A DNA stretch of 64,000 nucleotides from Candidatus Marinacidobacterales bacterium. GTDB lineage: Bacteria; Acidobacteriota; Vicinamibacteria; Marinacidobacterales; SMYC01. A program made the translations under genes and the position numbers. The notes below the pieces were generated by a model. It ran no database searches and was not told where the DNA came from. It saw nothing but the letters and a program-made list of their open reading frames with translations. The stretch covers positions 704,001 to 768,000 of the forward strand of contig CBDCYI010000005.1 in NCBI GenBank assembly GCA_965224085.1, read 5' to 3'. Each line of letters opens with the position of its first letter. Position 1 is the stretch's first letter. This document shows positions 62,586-64,000 of the stretch, piece after piece.

Positions 62586-64000
62586 CTACCGTATCATCGC
62601 CCTCCTGGACTCCCCCGAGTAGTTGATGAAGACCGTCTTGAGCTCGGTAAAGAAGTGCAACCCTTCTTCCGACATCTCGCGGTCTCCGACGCCCGTCGAT
62701 TTCACGCCTCCGAAAGGAAGCTGCGCTTCCCCGCCAATCGTCGGCTCGTTGATGTGGACCATACCCGTCTCGACCTCGTCGATGAACTTCATGACGTGGT
62801 TTATGTCTCGGGTGAAGATGGAAGTCGTGAGACCGAACTCGACCGAGTTCGCCACCTGCAGGGCTTGTTCGAGGTTGTTCGCGCTCGCCACGGAGAGCAC
62901 CGGCCCGAAGACCTCTTCCTGAAAGATTCGCATCTCGGGTTTCACGTTGTCGAAAATCGTTGGCTCGACAAAATAACCGTCCCCGAGCCCTGCCGGCTTG
63001 CCGCCGCCGGTCACGAGCGTGGCGCCTTCGCTCTTTGCAATCTCGATATATTCGAGATTGGTACTGAACTGACCTTCGTCGACAGCCGGCCCCATATCGA
63101 CACTTTCATCGAGCCCGGAACCGACTCTGATGTCTTTTGCGAAGGCCGCAAGCCGCTCGACGAGCTCCGCTTTCACGGACTGGGCGGCGATGACGCGAGA
63201 GGTCGCGGTGCAACGCTGACCCGTCGAGCCAAAAGCACCGTCACGAATCGCAACGGCCGCCTTTTCCAGATCGGCATCCGCCATGACGATGACGGCGTTC
63301 TTTCCGCCCATCTCGCACGTGACTTTGGCACCGCGCGACGCCGCTTTGACATGAAGAGCGCTGCCGATCTCGTTTGAGCCGGTGAACGAGATGATGGGGA
63401 TGTGCGGTGAACTCACCATGACCTCACCGACTTCGGAGCCCGAGCCGATCACGAGGTTGAAGACACCGGCTGGCAAGCCTGCTTCCTCGTAGATCGCGGC
63501 AAGTACCGCCGCGGTTGCCGGCGTAAGCGATGCGGGCTTGAAGACGACGGCGTTTCCTGCGACGAGCGCGGGCGCGGACTTCCAGACCGGGATCGCCCAG
63601 GGAAAGTTCCATGGGGAGATGAGCCCTACGACGCCGACAGGCTGCCGGATGGTATAGGTGAAGGTGTCCCTCACTTCCGAGGGGAGCGTCTTGCCGCCCA
63701 TGCGAAACCCGGCACCCGCGTAATATTCGATGAGCGAGATACCTTTCATGACTTCGCCCCGCGCTTCGCGGAAGATCTTCCCTTCTTCGCGCGTCATCAG
63801 ACGGGCAATCTCGTCGACTCGTTGGCGCGCGATATCCGCCGCGCGCCAGAGAACGCGGCCCCGCTCCGGAGCCGGCGTCTTCTTCCACCCAGCGAAAGCC
63901 CGCCGCGCAGCGTCGATGGCACGCTCTGTATCGGCGGCCGTCGCCATGGGAAACTCACCGATCACGTCCTGGGTATTCGCGGGGTTGATGTTCTTGACGA
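62586..64000 (-). CDS. aldehyde dehydrogenase (5' end outside the window)
   Basis: PWNFP, FTGS, EMGGKN, GQRCT and EEVFGP motifs. Confidence 0.95.
   Translation of the reverse strand, partial: VKNINPANTQDVIGEFPMATAADTERAIDAARRAFAGWKKTPAPERGRVLWRAADIARQRVDEIARLMTREEGKIFREARGEVMKGISLIEYYAGAGFRMGGKTLPSEVRDTFTYTIRQPVGVVGLISPWNFPWAIPVWKSAPALVAGNAVVFKPASLTPATAAVLAAIYEEAGLPAGVFNLVIGSGSEVGEVMVSSPHIPIISFTGSNEIGSALHVKAASRGAKVTCEMGGKNAVIVMADADLEKAAVAIRDGAFGSTGQRCTATSRVIAAQSVKAELVERLAAFAKDIRVGSGLDESVDMGPAVDEGQFSTNLEYIEIAKSEGATLVTGGGKPAGLGDGYFVEPTIFDNVKPEMRIFQEEVFGPVLSVASANNLEQALQVANSVEFGLTTSIFTRDINHVMKFIDEVETGMVHINEPTIGGEAQLPFGGVKSTGVGDREMSEEGLHFFTELKTVFINYSGESRRAMIR

Overview
Bacterial, GC-rich genomic DNA. 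Gene content suggests a diderm, probably Acidobacteriota/Vicinamibacteria-like (inference). The window has three parts. (1) 1-15.9 kb is a dense mosaic of mobile-element fragments: several IS256, IS21 istA, IS1380, rve-integrase IS, ISNCY, IS200 and IS5. It also holds an intact GltS symporter, a truncated Z1/DUF4420 (Mza-like) defence remnant, a DUF2924-large serine recombinase cassette and an iteron-like AACAGGGAA array. (2) 15.9-61.5 kb is a largely intact housekeeping block: dprA-topA-trmFO', TPR/lipoprotein/peptidase-Omp85, rplU-rpmA-obgE-rsfS, a receiver-less sigma54 activator, lapAB-like, comF, a pseudo-nuclease/ECF/STAS operon, lpxC, type IIA topoisomerase A-B, GT2s, ychF and the dcw cluster mraZ..ftsZ. 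This block is bracketed by two inverted 1087-bp IS5 copies that each truncate a gene. (3) The last 1.4 kb is an aldehyde dehydrogenase. The best candidates for new biology are a secreted S1/P1-fold protein lacking most Zn ligands, encoded ahead of an ECF sigma-STAS module with no anti-sigma; the IS-fragment mosaic; the phased iteron/tRNA-like element end; and a conserved structured IS 3' end. All family calls come from motif recognition by eye; no searches were run.
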